From IMG/VR virus record IMGVR_UViG_3300005253_000164: a stretch of DNA of 64,000 nucleotides. One strand, given 5' to 3'. A model generated the notes under the pieces. The model saw nothing but the letters and a program-made list of their open reading frames with translations. It made no database searches and had not been told where the DNA came from. This DNA comes from an uncultured virus (IMG/VR IMGVR_UViG_3300005253_000164). Taxonomy: Duplodnaviria; Heunggongvirae; Uroviricota; Caudoviricetes. A program made the translations under genes and the position numbers. This document shows, one piece after another, positions 20,461 to 32,307 of this stretch. How positions within the stretch are numbered: position 1 is the first letter of the stretch; every line of letters starts with the position of its first letter.

Positions 20461-21549
20461 ATGACACTAGATGAATTCTTCGATGAAGAAACTGTTATAG
20501 ATTATGAAAACTCTACAACTTTTCTATCGAAATCTTGTGGTCAAGAAAGCAAAGCACTTTTGGTGAAGCTAAAACATGATGCAGAATTCAGAAAGCAACA
20601 TACTAAAGGAACAATAGTTCTGATAATGTCAAATACAGGCAATGAACACCCCACTACTTATGATGAGCTGTGGGGTGAAACACTTCAAATCGCTCAAAGC
20701 ATGGGAGTGGACCTGTATTTCGTTTCCTCTAAGAAAAAAGAGGATTTTAAGGCAGAAGAACGATTTATCAAGCCTGGCATATGGTTGAATGGAGAACATT
20801 TCAGTGATGAAACATTTCATACTGATTCTTGGACTTCATTAGATGCTAAATATAGACAGAATTCAACATGTGGAAGCCCACTATTCAAAAAGACGTGTAC
20901 TGATGGATTAAAAATCCAACCAATCTATAAATTTGTAGAATGGTATTTGATACTAACTTATCCCGATCTGGAATATAATAAAAGAAACAAAAACATTTTC
21001 TATGCTTATCGTAAAAAATATGGCATGATTAGAATGATGATTGGTTTCTCAGCGGGAGAGGAAGGAAGAAGAAGAAAACCCCAACTCCCATTCAAATGGA
21101 TTAAAGCAGGTAGAAAAGAAATTAAAGTTCCTAATAAATCATATATTAAATGGTTTGAAGAGAACATTAAGACTACTTATCCTTTAATTGATATTGGAAT
21201 GGATAGAAAAGGAACTCAAGACTACTTAGTAGAAATGGGTTATACTATTCCACTCCCCTCAAATTGTATGAAATGCCCTTTTACAACTCATCGTGAATTA
21301 CTCTGGCTTGATATGTTTGAGCGAGATGAATTCGATGAATGGGTTGTTATTGAAGCAAATAAGCTAATCAAGTACGCTGATAAAGGCAAGAAAAACAGGG
21401 GTGTTTTTGGAAAACTGAATAAAGATGGCACGCCCTACACATTGGTCGATGCACTTGCTTATGCAAAGAAAAGATATAAACATATGTCTCCGAAAGCAAT
21501 TCAAGACTGGAAAATGTCTCATGGGCATTGTGTGACATCACAATATTAG
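20461..21549 (+). CDS. PAPS-reductase/PP-loop family protein (phage type)
   Basis: SKSCGQES PP-loop variant, SNTGNEHP, CT..LKIQPI, IGFSAGE, YPLID, SNCMKCPF. Confidence 0.75.
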   Translation: MTLDEFFDEETVIDYENSTTFLSKSCGQESKALLVKLKHDAEFRKQHTKGTIVLIMSNTGNEHPTTYDELWGETLQIAQSMGVDLYFVSSKKKEDFKAEERFIKPGIWLNGEHFSDETFHTDSWTSLDAKYRQNSTCGSPLFKKTCTDGLKIQPIYKFVEWYLILTYPDLEYNKRNKNIFYAYRKKYGMIRMMIGFSAGEEGRRRKPQLPFKWIKAGRKEIKVPNKSYIKWFEENIKTTYPLIDIGMDRKGTQDYLVEMGYTIPLPSNCMKCPFTTHRELLWLDMFERDEFDEWVVIEANKLIKYADKGKKNRGVFGKLNKDGTPYTLVDALAYAKKRYKHMSPKAIQDWKMSHGHCVTSQY

Positions 21550-21610
21550 TTCTCTCAAAATCGGCAGGTTAAATAATCATGCCGAGTATAATATATATAG
21601 GGATACTCTC
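21547..21610 (+). promoter_or_regulatory. Internal promoter cassette (TCGGCA...TGCCGA palindrome + TATA) flanked by CTCTC on both sides
   Basis: 59 bp identical to 33826-33884; variants at 22690-22745 and 16368-16412. Confidence 0.85.
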
Positions 21611-21614
21611 TTTT

Positions 21615-22115
21615 ATGTCAACAAACACTAACAGACATACAAACAGACTAGAAAGACTATCAAAGATTGATCAGAGTGATTTATCCGAGGATGTATTAGA
21701 GGCTCTTGAATCACAAAGATATTGGGCTACAGTAAAATATATAGAAAATCATGGAAACAAAGGGAAGAAACATCCTTTTAGGACCAAGACAATAAATCAC
21801 TCTGAAGATGAAAGAAATAAGCTCTTAAAAGCTGCAAGACATGAAATAATCATGGGATGTTTTTCATCACAAATGATTAAAGATTTTTATAGAGAAACAA
21901 CTCCAATTGGATCTGACAAAGGAACAAAAAGAACTTTTGAGGAAGATTATGAAAATGGAGATGTTTATCTAATAGAACCAATGTTCTGTGCAATTTATAG
22001 GACTCTTCATCCAAATCTAAATACAAAAAACCAAAATAAGTTAGAAACTAATCCATTGGTAATAATACTACGATGGTGTTGGGAAGCTAAAAAAAAGGGT
22101 TTAGTGAAATATTAA
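21615..22115 (+). CDS. Hypothetical protein, close paralogue of 35363-35854
   Basis: Near-identical protein sequences; start corrected to the ATG after CTCTC. Confidence 0.85.
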   Translation: MSTNTNRHTNRLERLSKIDQSDLSEDVLEALESQRYWATVKYIENHGNKGKKHPFRTKTINHSEDERNKLLKAARHEIIMGCFSSQMIKDFYRETTPIGSDKGTKRTFEEDYENGDVYLIEPMFCAIYRTLHPNLNTKNQNKLETNPLVIILRWCWEAKKKGLVKY

Positions 22116-22155
22116 AGATAGTTTGCTATAATCTCTCTCATGTCATTTAAATTGG

Positions 22156-24020
22156 ATGATGAAAATGAAAAAGAAACAATATGAAATTAAATACGAAGAA
22201 ACGCAAGTGATCTATGTTGTGCACTCGTTAAAATTTGAGACTTACAAATATGATAAAATAATTATCACATATCTTGAAGATGAAGATCTACAAGTTACGT
22301 TTATACATATAGATGAAGATCATGGTGAGTATGTATATTATCTCGCCAATATAAAAAATCTTAATGAAACTGATTTAGAAAAAATAGGAGATAATGTTTT
22401 ACTTTACTATAAGTTAACTATAAATAGTCTAGTCTTGTCTAACGAGGAACCACAACCGATCAAAACGATCACGTATTTACAAATGTTTGATGAGGATCTT
22501 CAAAGAATAGAAAAAGAGATCTACATTGAAGACAGTCAATATGAAGACATGCTTGAACTTATCAATATGATGATGCAAGAAGTTGAAGTAATTGATCATC
22601 AAACAAAACAACTAAAATAAAATTTTTATTCTCAATATTTCTGAAAATAATAAGAATAAGTAATACTCTCAATGGTGAAAGAACTCATCAAAATCGGCAG
22701 ATTAAATAATCATGCCGAGTATAATATATATAGGGAAACCCTCTCAATGATAAGAGATGATTATATTTCAAATATTATTTTCAATCAACGAAATAATATT
22801 AAGAAAACACTTATCAAAATAGACGAAACTAAAGTTATCGAGATTAATTTTGTCCAATATTCCCCCCTAAAACATGGAACATGGGAATTTTGGACTTATG
22901 ATGGATATACATACTGTATAAGTAAGTATTATCTAAAACATCACAAATTACATACTAAATCTTCTCCTCTATATTACAGAGATGGAAAAATGCAACATAA
23001 TTGGTCTACTCTCGATGATGAAATATTCTTTTTTAGTGAGAAAAGAAGAAATGACTATATCTATTTAGCATTTAAAGTAGAATCTCCAATAAAAATAAAT
23101 ATAAAAGATCTTTAGTTCTCTCCTATGGTTAAAATATTTAGACTACTAACCATTATTATAAAAGCATTTTCAACAAAGTCTAATGAATATATTAGACCCA
23201 ATATAGATCACATAACGAAAACACCATGTTCTGATTGTAATAATAACAATCCGCGTGTAATGTATCGTATTTGTGATAGATTAACTCCAAAAGGATATAT
23301 TAATCGTGATGGCTCATCCCATGATGGGTGTGATGATTGCAACCCAGATGATTTCTTTACTAAAGAAGCAATCGAATGGAGCAAGAAAAACAAAGTTCCA
23401 TTTCATCTTATTGAATGGGATGTTAGATGCGGCCATTGTTGGAAATTAGGAGGATAACTTCTAATAGCTTTTACTCTCCAGATGTCAGAAGAAAACATCG
23501 ATAAACTAGCAGAAACCATCAAGGCATGTTTCATGGATGCAGAATTCATGGAAGACGTTTGGAAATATTTTTTAAACGAAATTGATGGTTGGGATAAAAC
23601 TGGTGATCACTCTGAAGAAGATCATGAATGCATGTTAAACATGTATGTGAGATTTGATAGAGAGACAGGCAATTACGAAAATACAGAATATCAAAATTCA
23701 GATCAGACCAATCAACCCTTTTCAACAGAAAGTACTGTTGTCGTGGCGATCATGGTATGCCCTGGATTTGATAATTCAAAAGATCAAATGCAAACCGATT
23801 TTATCCAAATGATAGATCAAGTCCTTTACGACTAGTTCTCTCTATGGCAGATGTTGAATATGCCTATATTTGTAATAATAGTGGATGTCCTTCCAGTTTT
23901 ATCCGATTTAAAAACGATGATGGTGGCAAATGCCCCTTTTGTGGTTTTGATATGGTAAAAAACACCGAGGATGTAAAAATGGAAGAAAAAACTAAGATTA
24001 CAATACTGGATGATAAATAA
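22156..24020 (+). CDS. Cassette genes 22156-22620, 22747-23115, 23125-23457 (Cys-rich), 23482-23835, 23844-24020 (58-aa Zn ribbon, not in track)
   Basis: ORF track plus manual translation; grouped entry. Confidence 0.7.
22690..22745 (+). promoter_or_regulatory. Copy of the internal promoter cassette
   Basis: AAAATCGGCAGATTAAATAATCATGCCGAGTATAATATATATAGGGAAACCCTCTC. Confidence 0.85.
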
Positions 24021-24046
24021 TCATTCCGAATTAAATATTCTCTCAA

Positions 24047-24376
24047 ATGACTATATATGAACAATACAAAGTTGAAAACCCATCTAAATTAAGAATCATT
24101 CTCAATAATAATAAGAATGCAATTTACATTCATTGTGATGATATAACCGCATGGGAACACAAACAAAGGCATGATATACATTCTCAACAAGAACTATATG
24201 ATTATGCCAGAACCATGTCCCCTATATTGTATCATAAGGGTGGTTTTCATGATGGGAATCACAGAATTAACACACTTAAAATATTTAAAATATTAATTCC
24301 AGCGATTATGGATGAAGATGCCAAAAAATTAACATCTATAAGAATATATAATCGTCAATATGAACGAATCAATTAG
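24047..24376 (+). CDS. Minimal ParB/sulfiredoxin-like domain protein
   Basis: PIL...FHDGNHRI motif. Confidence 0.5.
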   Translation: MTIYEQYKVENPSKLRIILNNNKNAIYIHCDDITAWEHKQRHDIHSQQELYDYARTMSPILYHKGGFHDGNHRINTLKIFKILIPAIMDEDAKKLTSIRIYNRQYERIN

Positions 24377-24385
24377 GTGTCTCTC

Positions 24386-25343
24386 ATGACTGAAAAACAC
24401 ACATGTTATGTAATTTCAGAAAATAGATCTGATGAATTCCCAGAACTATGTGATGATAATCCATTTTATGAAGATACAGGTGAATCAACACTTGAACTCT
24501 GTGATAACTGCAAAAAACTTTGCTGTTTAGTTCATAAAATGGGTGCATATTGTCTGGAATGTATTGCAAACCCATTACTTCCAGACGAGAAGAAACCTTT
24601 CTGTTTCAAAAGAGAATCAGAAAGAGACAGAAATCTAGAAAAAGAATTCAAATAAATCTCTCCAGATGCCTTTTAACAAGGATGAAGAACTTGAATATAT
24701 TCAAAAAAAACTCAAAAAAGCAATTGAACTAACATTTGTTAAAGAAATTGCTAAATTAGAAAAAATAATTGAAGATCTAAAGAAACCTCAACTCTTGCAA
24801 ATAGTAAGAGATATGACACACAAAAATGAGCTAGAAGAAACAGAATTGAATGAGCGATACTATATCGCTATGTTAATGGGAATGAGTAAAAATTTAATAG
24901 ATTACTCTGATACATCTCTTAACAAACTCAAAAATATTTTTAGTTCATATTTGAAGCAATCTTCTCTTCACAAAATCACAATGAGTAGTTTTGTGCATGA
25001 AGATTTTCGCTATCTTCTTCAATTATAATTCTCTCCTATGGTAGAAGCTTATTACCGATGCGTTTCATGTGGTGAAGCACAAGAAACGAAATACATTAAG
25101 AAAGACAAATGTCCTTGGTGTCTTAAGAACAACAAACCTAGACTATATGAATATTACACCAAAGCTTATTTAGATCTTGAAGAAATCAAAAAAGAAATAT
25201 GGCCAGATTACATGGATCTGGATTATGATTTCCAATTGCATCTTTACAATCAATCTAAAGAAGTAGAAACAGCAGACCTACACGCATTCGTTAAAGGTTA
25301 TATGCTTTGTTACAAAAAGCTGAAAGAACTACGTCTTTCTTAA
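24386..25343 (+). CDS. Cassette genes 24386-24655 (Cys-rich), 24666-25028, 25038-25343 (Zn ribbon)
   Basis: CTCTC starts; grouped entry. Confidence 0.7.
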
Positions 25344-25350
25344 TTCTCTC

Positions 25351-25980
25351 ATGGTAGGACTATTATCTAGTCACATATCTAAACTTGGAGGTTATCGAAT
25401 CCCCTCGTTTAATTTACCATCAAAAAGAACATGCCCTGGCAGGACTGAACAATGTGTAAAATATTGTTATGCCACAAAAGGGCATTTTCTCTACGAGGGA
25501 ACTATGAATAAGTATGAACGGAATTTAATTGCTTCAAAGCAAGACGATTTTGTTGAAAAATTCACAAATGAATTATATTTGACAAATATATTTATTCGAA
25601 TTCATTCTTCTGGAGATTTCTACAACCAAGAATACTTTGACAAGATCTGTCAAGTAGCTAGAAAAAGACCAGATACAAAATTCTTAGCATACACTCGTAA
25701 TTATAGAATAAATATAAAGAATGCTCCACGCAATCTAATCCTATTCTATACGGTAGACAATTCGACAAAAACAATAAATCCAGATGCAAAACATTACGCA
25801 TTTGTGGAACATTTTGATGTAATTCCAGAACATGGAAGCAACTACAAAAATGGAATAATTTGTACAAGTAAAGACTGCTCTTCTTGTTTGAAGTGCTGGA
25901 ACAAACCTACAAATGTGTATTTCCCACAAAAGTACAAAAAATACAGTGAACGCTTGCTGGATTTATATGTCAACAGTTGA
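25351..25980 (+). CDS. Gp88-like (radical-SAM-like Fe-S) phage protein
   Basis: FNLPS..TCPG...C..YCYA, IRIHSSGDF, YTR and C-terminal CxxCxxC. Confidence 0.7.
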   Translation: MVGLLSSHISKLGGYRIPSFNLPSKRTCPGRTEQCVKYCYATKGHFLYEGTMNKYERNLIASKQDDFVEKFTNELYLTNIFIRIHSSGDFYNQEYFDKICQVARKRPDTKFLAYTRNYRINIKNAPRNLILFYTVDNSTKTINPDAKHYAFVEHFDVIPEHGSNYKNGIICTSKDCSSCLKCWNKPTNVYFPQKYKKYSERLLDLYVNS

Positions 25981-25997
25981 AACTCTCTAGTGATATT

Positions 25998-28217
25998 ATG
26001 CAATTAGTAATTACACTATCAACCGAAGCATTCACACAAGACGTGAATCATAATATAACAGCAAGTCATACTTTTAGATCTTGGGAAAAACCATTTTTTA
26101 CTAAAACATTGAAAGATCAATTTTTTAGTATTGAGGAAGAAATAATAGAATTCCTTAAAACAAGGGATAAGATCTACAAGATTTCAGCAATTCAAAATGT
26201 AAGTGTTTACAGTACAGTAGTATTGAAAACATATGAGGAACTAGATGATCCCGCAACCAATGGGTTATGTGATTATGTGGCAACTTATGTATTTTTTGCA
26301 TTTGATAGATCTGAAAAAATAACTCCAGAACTTTTAGAAACAATTCAGCAAAGCTCACATTATCATGAGCGTAAAGTAAAATTGATAATAAAGAACATGG
26401 AGCAGTTCAAAGAAAGATTATTGGCTGAATTTCCCAACAAAACGAAATTAACCAATAAGATATATTAATGCAAGGCTGTTACTCTCTCCTATGGAATTAC
26501 TCAAAACACTGAAATTTTCATATGAAGAAGGCAAGAGAACGGATTATTTAGTGAAAGCACTACTTAACCCAGAAGAGTTCTTTGAAAAAGAAAAATCCCG
26601 ACAAAATTGGGATGATGGAGATTACCCAGACGTGATCAACGAATTATTCAAAGCACTACCAGATGCAGACCAAGGTACGATCTGGGACATTGCCCAATGC
26701 GATAATGATGCATTAGACTTTATATGGTCAGCAGCCATAATGAGACTACATTCCCCATTGAAATTACTATTTTTGAAGGTCAGACTTCAAGGAATAACAA
26801 TCTTCGATGTGGATGCAGTAGACATAGTAAAAGAACGATATATGCAAATATTTGATGAACATAACTTAAGTCATCAAAATATTTACAGATAAATTCTCTC
26901 TTATGAATAATCAAGGACACTGCCTTTGGTGCAGCATAACATTCATAAAAAAACACACAAATCAACAAATTTGTGGATCTGAAGAATGCAATAAGAAAGA
27001 AAAAGCATATCAGAAAAAACGATCAAAGATCACGTACTGATCTTTCTTTATGTTAAGACATAATCTCTCATGTTCCGTAAAAAAGAACTAAAATTCCACT
27101 ACAAAGGATATTTTTTTCTTGCCAAGGGAATGCATCGCAAACCCAGAGATTCACTCACTCCAAAAGACATTGAGTGGAAAAAATCAAGAAAAAGAGCCAG
27201 AGAGGAATATGACTTATTAAAAAAACATCAATCAGATTTATCTTTTTGATCTCTCTTATGTTTATTCAAATACATAATGGATTTTGTTTTAGATGTGGTC
27301 GTCAAGATCGCCTCTTCAAAATAAATGAAAACCAATATCGGTGTAAGGGCTGTCGTAAGACATCTAATAATTACTTGAAAATTGAAAGATGGTATACTGA
27401 AAAATTCAATGGAGAAATTCATGAATCAACAGCAGTACTAGATTTCCATGATATTTGCACTTTTTGCAAAGAAAAAGTAGAAGCAAGTGATGACAAACCA
27501 ACATATTATGAGGAAGAAACAACAGTTCCTCCTCTTATGGAATGTCTGGAATGCAATTTGTGGATAGTCACTGACAAACCTAGACGAATAGATATTAGTA
27601 AATATAAACACTAATTCTCTCATATGGCTGAACGTAGAACTATACTACTACACCTATATAATGAAAAAGAAGATGATTATACAATCATTAACACCTACAA
27701 GACAGATGATGAAATCATAGCAATAATTCAATCTTTGAGGGAAGAACACCTTAAAGATAACATTAGTGCAGAAGATTTTATTAATGTAGCAATTGAAGAA
27801 ATTGGAGATTTGGCAACATATGATACCCTAACCTTCAATATGGATAGTAGGTAAATTCTCTCCTTATGGACAAAGATATTGTTGTAATACTATGTCAATT
27901 TAGGTGATACTTATGATCTAACAATCGTCTATGATATATTCCAAGAAATAGATGGAACCTCGGTTCATATCAATTCTTGGGGCGAATGGTATGAAGAAAC
28001 AGAAAATTATGGAAATTAATTCTCTCCTATGAAGTACGACATACTTCTTAAAAACAGAAAAAATGGAGAAACAATAAAGGCAATAGCCCTTAGTGTCTCT
28101 ATAGAAACCATTCCAGATTATATAATTCGTCACAGTGCTGTGATGATTAATCTAGATTACTATATTGAAATTAGACCAGGTATACTACATAGAGTAATAC
28201 CTCCTTCAAAAACATAA
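25998..28217 (+). CDS. Cassette genes 25998-26468, 26491-26892, 26903-27040 (Zn), 27070-27249, 27258-27614 (Zn), 27624-27854, 28029-28217
   Basis: CTCTC starts; two were translated manually; grouped entry. Confidence 0.65.
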
Positions 28218-28283
28218 TTCAAAATAGATTTTGGAACGAGGTCTGGGTAATAATACATAAATATGATTTCAAATAACTCTCAT

Positions 28284-29348
28284 ATGACTATGAAACAAGA
28301 AGAGTTTATATCCCAACCTGTGGATGTTAGGCTCTCAAGTCATGACGAAATTCTAGAAGCAATTGATTATGACCAATTAATGTCATACGATCATTATCTT
28401 ATAGATATGAGTGGTGGAAAAGACAGTCAGAATCTTGTCTTTGCATTACTAGATTTAGATATTCAGCCAGAACAAATGGAGCTTCACCATCATCTCGTAG
28501 ATGGTTGGAAAGAGCATCCATTATTCGATTGGCCTGTTATCGAGGATTACAATAGAAAATTTGCAGAGCATTTTGGAATTCCTTTATACTTCTCATGGAG
28601 AGAAGGTGGGATTAAAAAAGAAATGTTCCGATTTAATTCTCCAACAGCTCCTATTCGGTGGCAAAACCCCGATGGATCTATTGGAAGTAATCGACCTCGA
28701 ACAACAGATAAATATCTAAGAACTAGAATGAAATATCCACAAGTAGTGGCAGATTTAAATCAGAGATGGTGTTCTGCCTATGCTAAGATAGATGTTGGAA
28801 CTACATTAATTGCTAATCAGCATAGATTTCGTGATAAAAAAACATTAGTTTTATCTGGAGAAAGAGCAGAGGAAAGTGCAGCTCGAAAGAACTACAAAAC
28901 CTTTGAACCAGATAGATCTGATTTAAGAAATGGAAAAAGATACCAACGACATGTTGATCGTGCCAGGATTGTGCATAAATTTACAGAACGTCAAATTTGG
29001 GATCAAGCCAAAAAATACAGGATAAGACCTGCCCCACCATATGAAATAGGATGGTCAAGGCTGTCTTGCAGATTTTGTATTTTTGGATCTGGTCAGCAAT
29101 GGAAAACATTAGAATTGATTTCCCCAGACGAGTTAACTATGCATATTGAAAACGAAAGAGAATTTGGTTTAACAATCAAACGCAAGAAAAATATCGAAGA
29201 GACAATTGCAAGTGCAAATCCTTTGGAATTAGAAGGTTTGGATGATATAATAAAACTCGCTCTTTCAGATAAATATGACACACCAATTTACGTTGAAGAT
29301 TGGGAACTGCCAAGAGGTGCATTTGCCAAGAACTTTGGTCCATCTTAA
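28284..29348 (+). CDS. Phosphoadenosine-phosphosulfate-reductase-family protein (MGE type)
   Basis: SGGKDS PP-loop, RWCSAYAKID, GERAEESAAR, RLSCRFCIF. Confidence 0.85.
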   Translation: MTMKQEEFISQPVDVRLSSHDEILEAIDYDQLMSYDHYLIDMSGGKDSQNLVFALLDLDIQPEQMELHHHLVDGWKEHPLFDWPVIEDYNRKFAEHFGIPLYFSWREGGIKKEMFRFNSPTAPIRWQNPDGSIGSNRPRTTDKYLRTRMKYPQVVADLNQRWCSAYAKIDVGTTLIANQHRFRDKKTLVLSGERAEESAARKNYKTFEPDRSDLRNGKRYQRHVDRARIVHKFTERQIWDQAKKYRIRPAPPYEIGWSRLSCRFCIFGSGQQWKTLELISPDELTMHIENEREFGLTIKRKKNIEETIASANPLELEGLDDIIKLALSDKYDTPIYVEDWELPRGAFAKNFGPS

Positions 29349-29357
29349 TACTCTCAT

Positions 29358-31778
29358 ATGATTTATTATGCTGTAATAGATAATAAACCAATATTTAGAA
29401 AAACAATTACAATATTTTCTGATAAACACACAATAAATACTTCAAAAGAAGTGAAAGAACTATCAAATTACTCAAGATTGATGACATATCTTTATTGTCA
29501 AATTGATAAAATAAAAGATAATAATCAATCCAAGTGGGTTATTATTGATAAAACAGGTGTTGTTAAAAAATATAATTCTTTAATCAGATTAGTCAATATT
29601 GAATAATATTTCTTTCTTAATACTCTCACATGCATCCAAATGAAAAAAATGGATTCAAAAAATGTATTTGTTGCCATTCATGGATCTACCCAGATAAAAT
29701 ACCAGAAATGAATGGACAACACTGTAAAGGCTGCAAAAATTGCAAATATTTAGGTATTTGTAGATTAGCAGGTTAATACTATTATTTAGAAGGAATAAAT
29801 AAAAGATTCCCAAAAGAACCTTAAATCCTCAAAATAAATCTCTCTATGGCAATGGCATTAACACCAATTGACCTAAAAATATTCGAACATATTACTATGG
29901 AACTGATGAAAGAATTGAAATTTAATTTCTACACAACATCTAAAAAAACCATTAGTGAATTTGTTCAAACCAATGTTGAGAAAATCGTTCTCTCTTATTT
30001 AGAGCGATCCAACAAAGTATTTGGAAGTATGGAGGAAAACCTTCAACCTTTCATAGATTTTATATTGAAGGACCTTCCCAACTAACTCTCCTATGACTGA
30101 TATAGAAGTAAAAGTCAATATAACAAAGAAAATCTCTTATCAAAGATTAAGTAGTATATTAGTAGGTTATTTTGAAGGAAACCCTTCTGCAAATAATACT
30201 ATCACAAAATATACTAAAGTCGAACCACTAAATTGGGAAGGGCTTAAAGAAACCTATGGATCCGATGGAAAAGTATGGTACTATTGTTACCCTTTCAATG
30301 AAGGTGGTGCAATCATTCTCCATGAACGTGAGAATTGGACTGAAAGTGGTAAGCCACCTAGAAAACTTAGATTAGACCTGACTACCATTGTAAGAGGTTT
30401 AAGAATACTAGAAGAAAAATACCCCCATCATTTAGAAGCAATTGTCGAAGGCAACGATGATTGCTGGACATCAAGTGCGTTAGTAGAATGTGCTTTGTAT
30501 GGGGACATAATCTTTGGTTAATTCTCTCCAAATATCAATGAATAACTTATTGAATACATTTGATGTAGGCTCTCTATGGCAACTTATAGCTGTCCAAAAT
30601 GCCTTTGCAACGTAGTTACTGCGAAGAAAGGCGACATTGAAACATGCAAAAAATGTTTTACAACATCATATCTGGATAAGAATAACAATTCAGTAAAAGT
30701 AGGTCACAATGATTACGCGGAAAAAATTTCCAAAAGCAATATTAGTGACAGATAACTTATTCAATATATATTATGATGTCTCTCTATGGTTGGTACTAAA
30801 ACACCCCCAAGATTTATTATTAGACTGGATCTGGAAGATACGGTCTACAAACAACTCGAATCACTTGGCTACAAGGTAAAAAAATCAAACGGAAAAGGAA
30901 AAAAAGTCTGGTTTGATAAAAAAGAATACAATCTTAAAAACATTAATACTCCAAAATTAGTTGGATTATTCGATGCTTTAACCAAGAAACACAATATAAA
31001 ATGGGATTATAATGAACATCATTACATGCCCAAATATATTGCTGAAAATCGAAGTTGACCTCTCATGCCATCTACAACTATAGATGAGTTAAAAACAGAA
31101 ATTTTCACTCTAACCGAGAGAAGATTAATTGAACGCTACAATACTCTTCGAGCAGCATATATAATGGCTGCCGACAAAAAAAATGAATATTCATTCTGGA
31201 ATAAACATTTCAGTAAGAAAGCATCATGGAAACAATTAAAAATAAAATTGAAAGAATTGAGAATTTATATTGATATTATTCTAGAAGATATGATCAGACG
31301 AAAAATGGATATAAGCATTTATTTAATGCATCCACTGTAGCTTCTCTCTTATGGCAGAATCGTCAGATACTATAAGATTAAAAGATTTATTTAGAAAATT
31401 TATTACCTATGATTTCTATCTTAATCATATTGCTGAAAGACCTCCACCAAATTATAGTGGAACTATAATTAGGAAGGCTTTAAATTATCTTGATATTAAT
31501 AAATCCTTAATTCTTACTGAAATAAAAGTGATTTTAGAAGAATCATTCTAATCTCTCCAATGGCAATTAATAACATTAAACCATTAACAGCAATCGAAAG
31601 AATACCTTATCTTGATCACGATAAATTGGTCAAACAGATTAATCAACTCAATGAGTTAAAAGATCCTATCGAAACTATTCTGGTTGAAGAAGAAGATTTA
31701 ACTGAAGCCTCCATCGAAACACTAGGTTTAATTCATGACATCTATCATGAAGTGATGGGAACGATTGCTAACTCCTAA
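29358..31778 (+). CDS. Cassette genes 29358-29606, 29846-30085, 30093-30521 (widespread phage hypothetical, ...ALYGDIIFG end), 30786-31058, 31065-31340, 31351-31551, 31560-31778, plus Zn microproteins starting at 29630 and 30576
   Basis: CTCTC starts; grouped entry. Confidence 0.7.
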
Positions 31779-31799
31779 TGAAAAATTAAATTTCTCTCA

Positions 31800-31868
31800 T
31801 TTACACTTTACACTTTACATTACATTTATTAATGGTAAAGTAAAGGTAAAAGTAAAAGTAAAGGTAAA
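31800..31868. repeat. Inverted arrays of TTTAC (x3-4) and GTAAA (x6) pentamers
   Basis: Read directly, upstream of HTH gene 31875. Confidence 0.85.
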
Positions 31869-31874
31869 GAAAAA

Positions 31875-32297
31875 ATGACATTACCAAATACTAAAGAAGA
31901 ATATGAAATACTATTCGATGAACACAAACAGAAGAAATTAGTGGCAGAAGCATTGAACATATCACGACCAACTCTTGATTCAGAAATCAAAAAAGTGGGA
32001 TTTGATTATGAAACATGGAAACAAAAACACATGAAAAATAATCAAACCACACCAGGTCAAACAAGAACTCGTTCTAGAAAAATAAAAAAATCTCTTCCAA
32101 CTATGGAAATTGCAATGGCAATGGTGAAAAAACGTCTAGAGCGAGAAATGGCTTTTCAAATCAAAGAATTTGGTTACGAGAACGTCAATCATAGAAGAAT
32201 ATATAATCGCCTCTATGGTGAGATTAAACGTGACAGACAAACAGTTGAATTTGCATTCCGTCATTTACTAGACGAATTAAAGCTAGAGGGCTACTAA
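31875..32297 (+). CDS. Fis-type HTH DNA-binding protein
   Basis: KKLVAEALNISRPTLDSEIKK. Confidence 0.7.
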   Translation: MTLPNTKEEYEILFDEHKQKKLVAEALNISRPTLDSEIKKVGFDYETWKQKHMKNNQTTPGQTRTRSRKIKKSLPTMEIAMAMVKKRLEREMAFQIKEFGYENVNHRRIYNRLYGEIKRDRQTVEFAFRHLLDELKLEGY

Positions 32298-32307
32298 TAT
32301 CTCTCCT

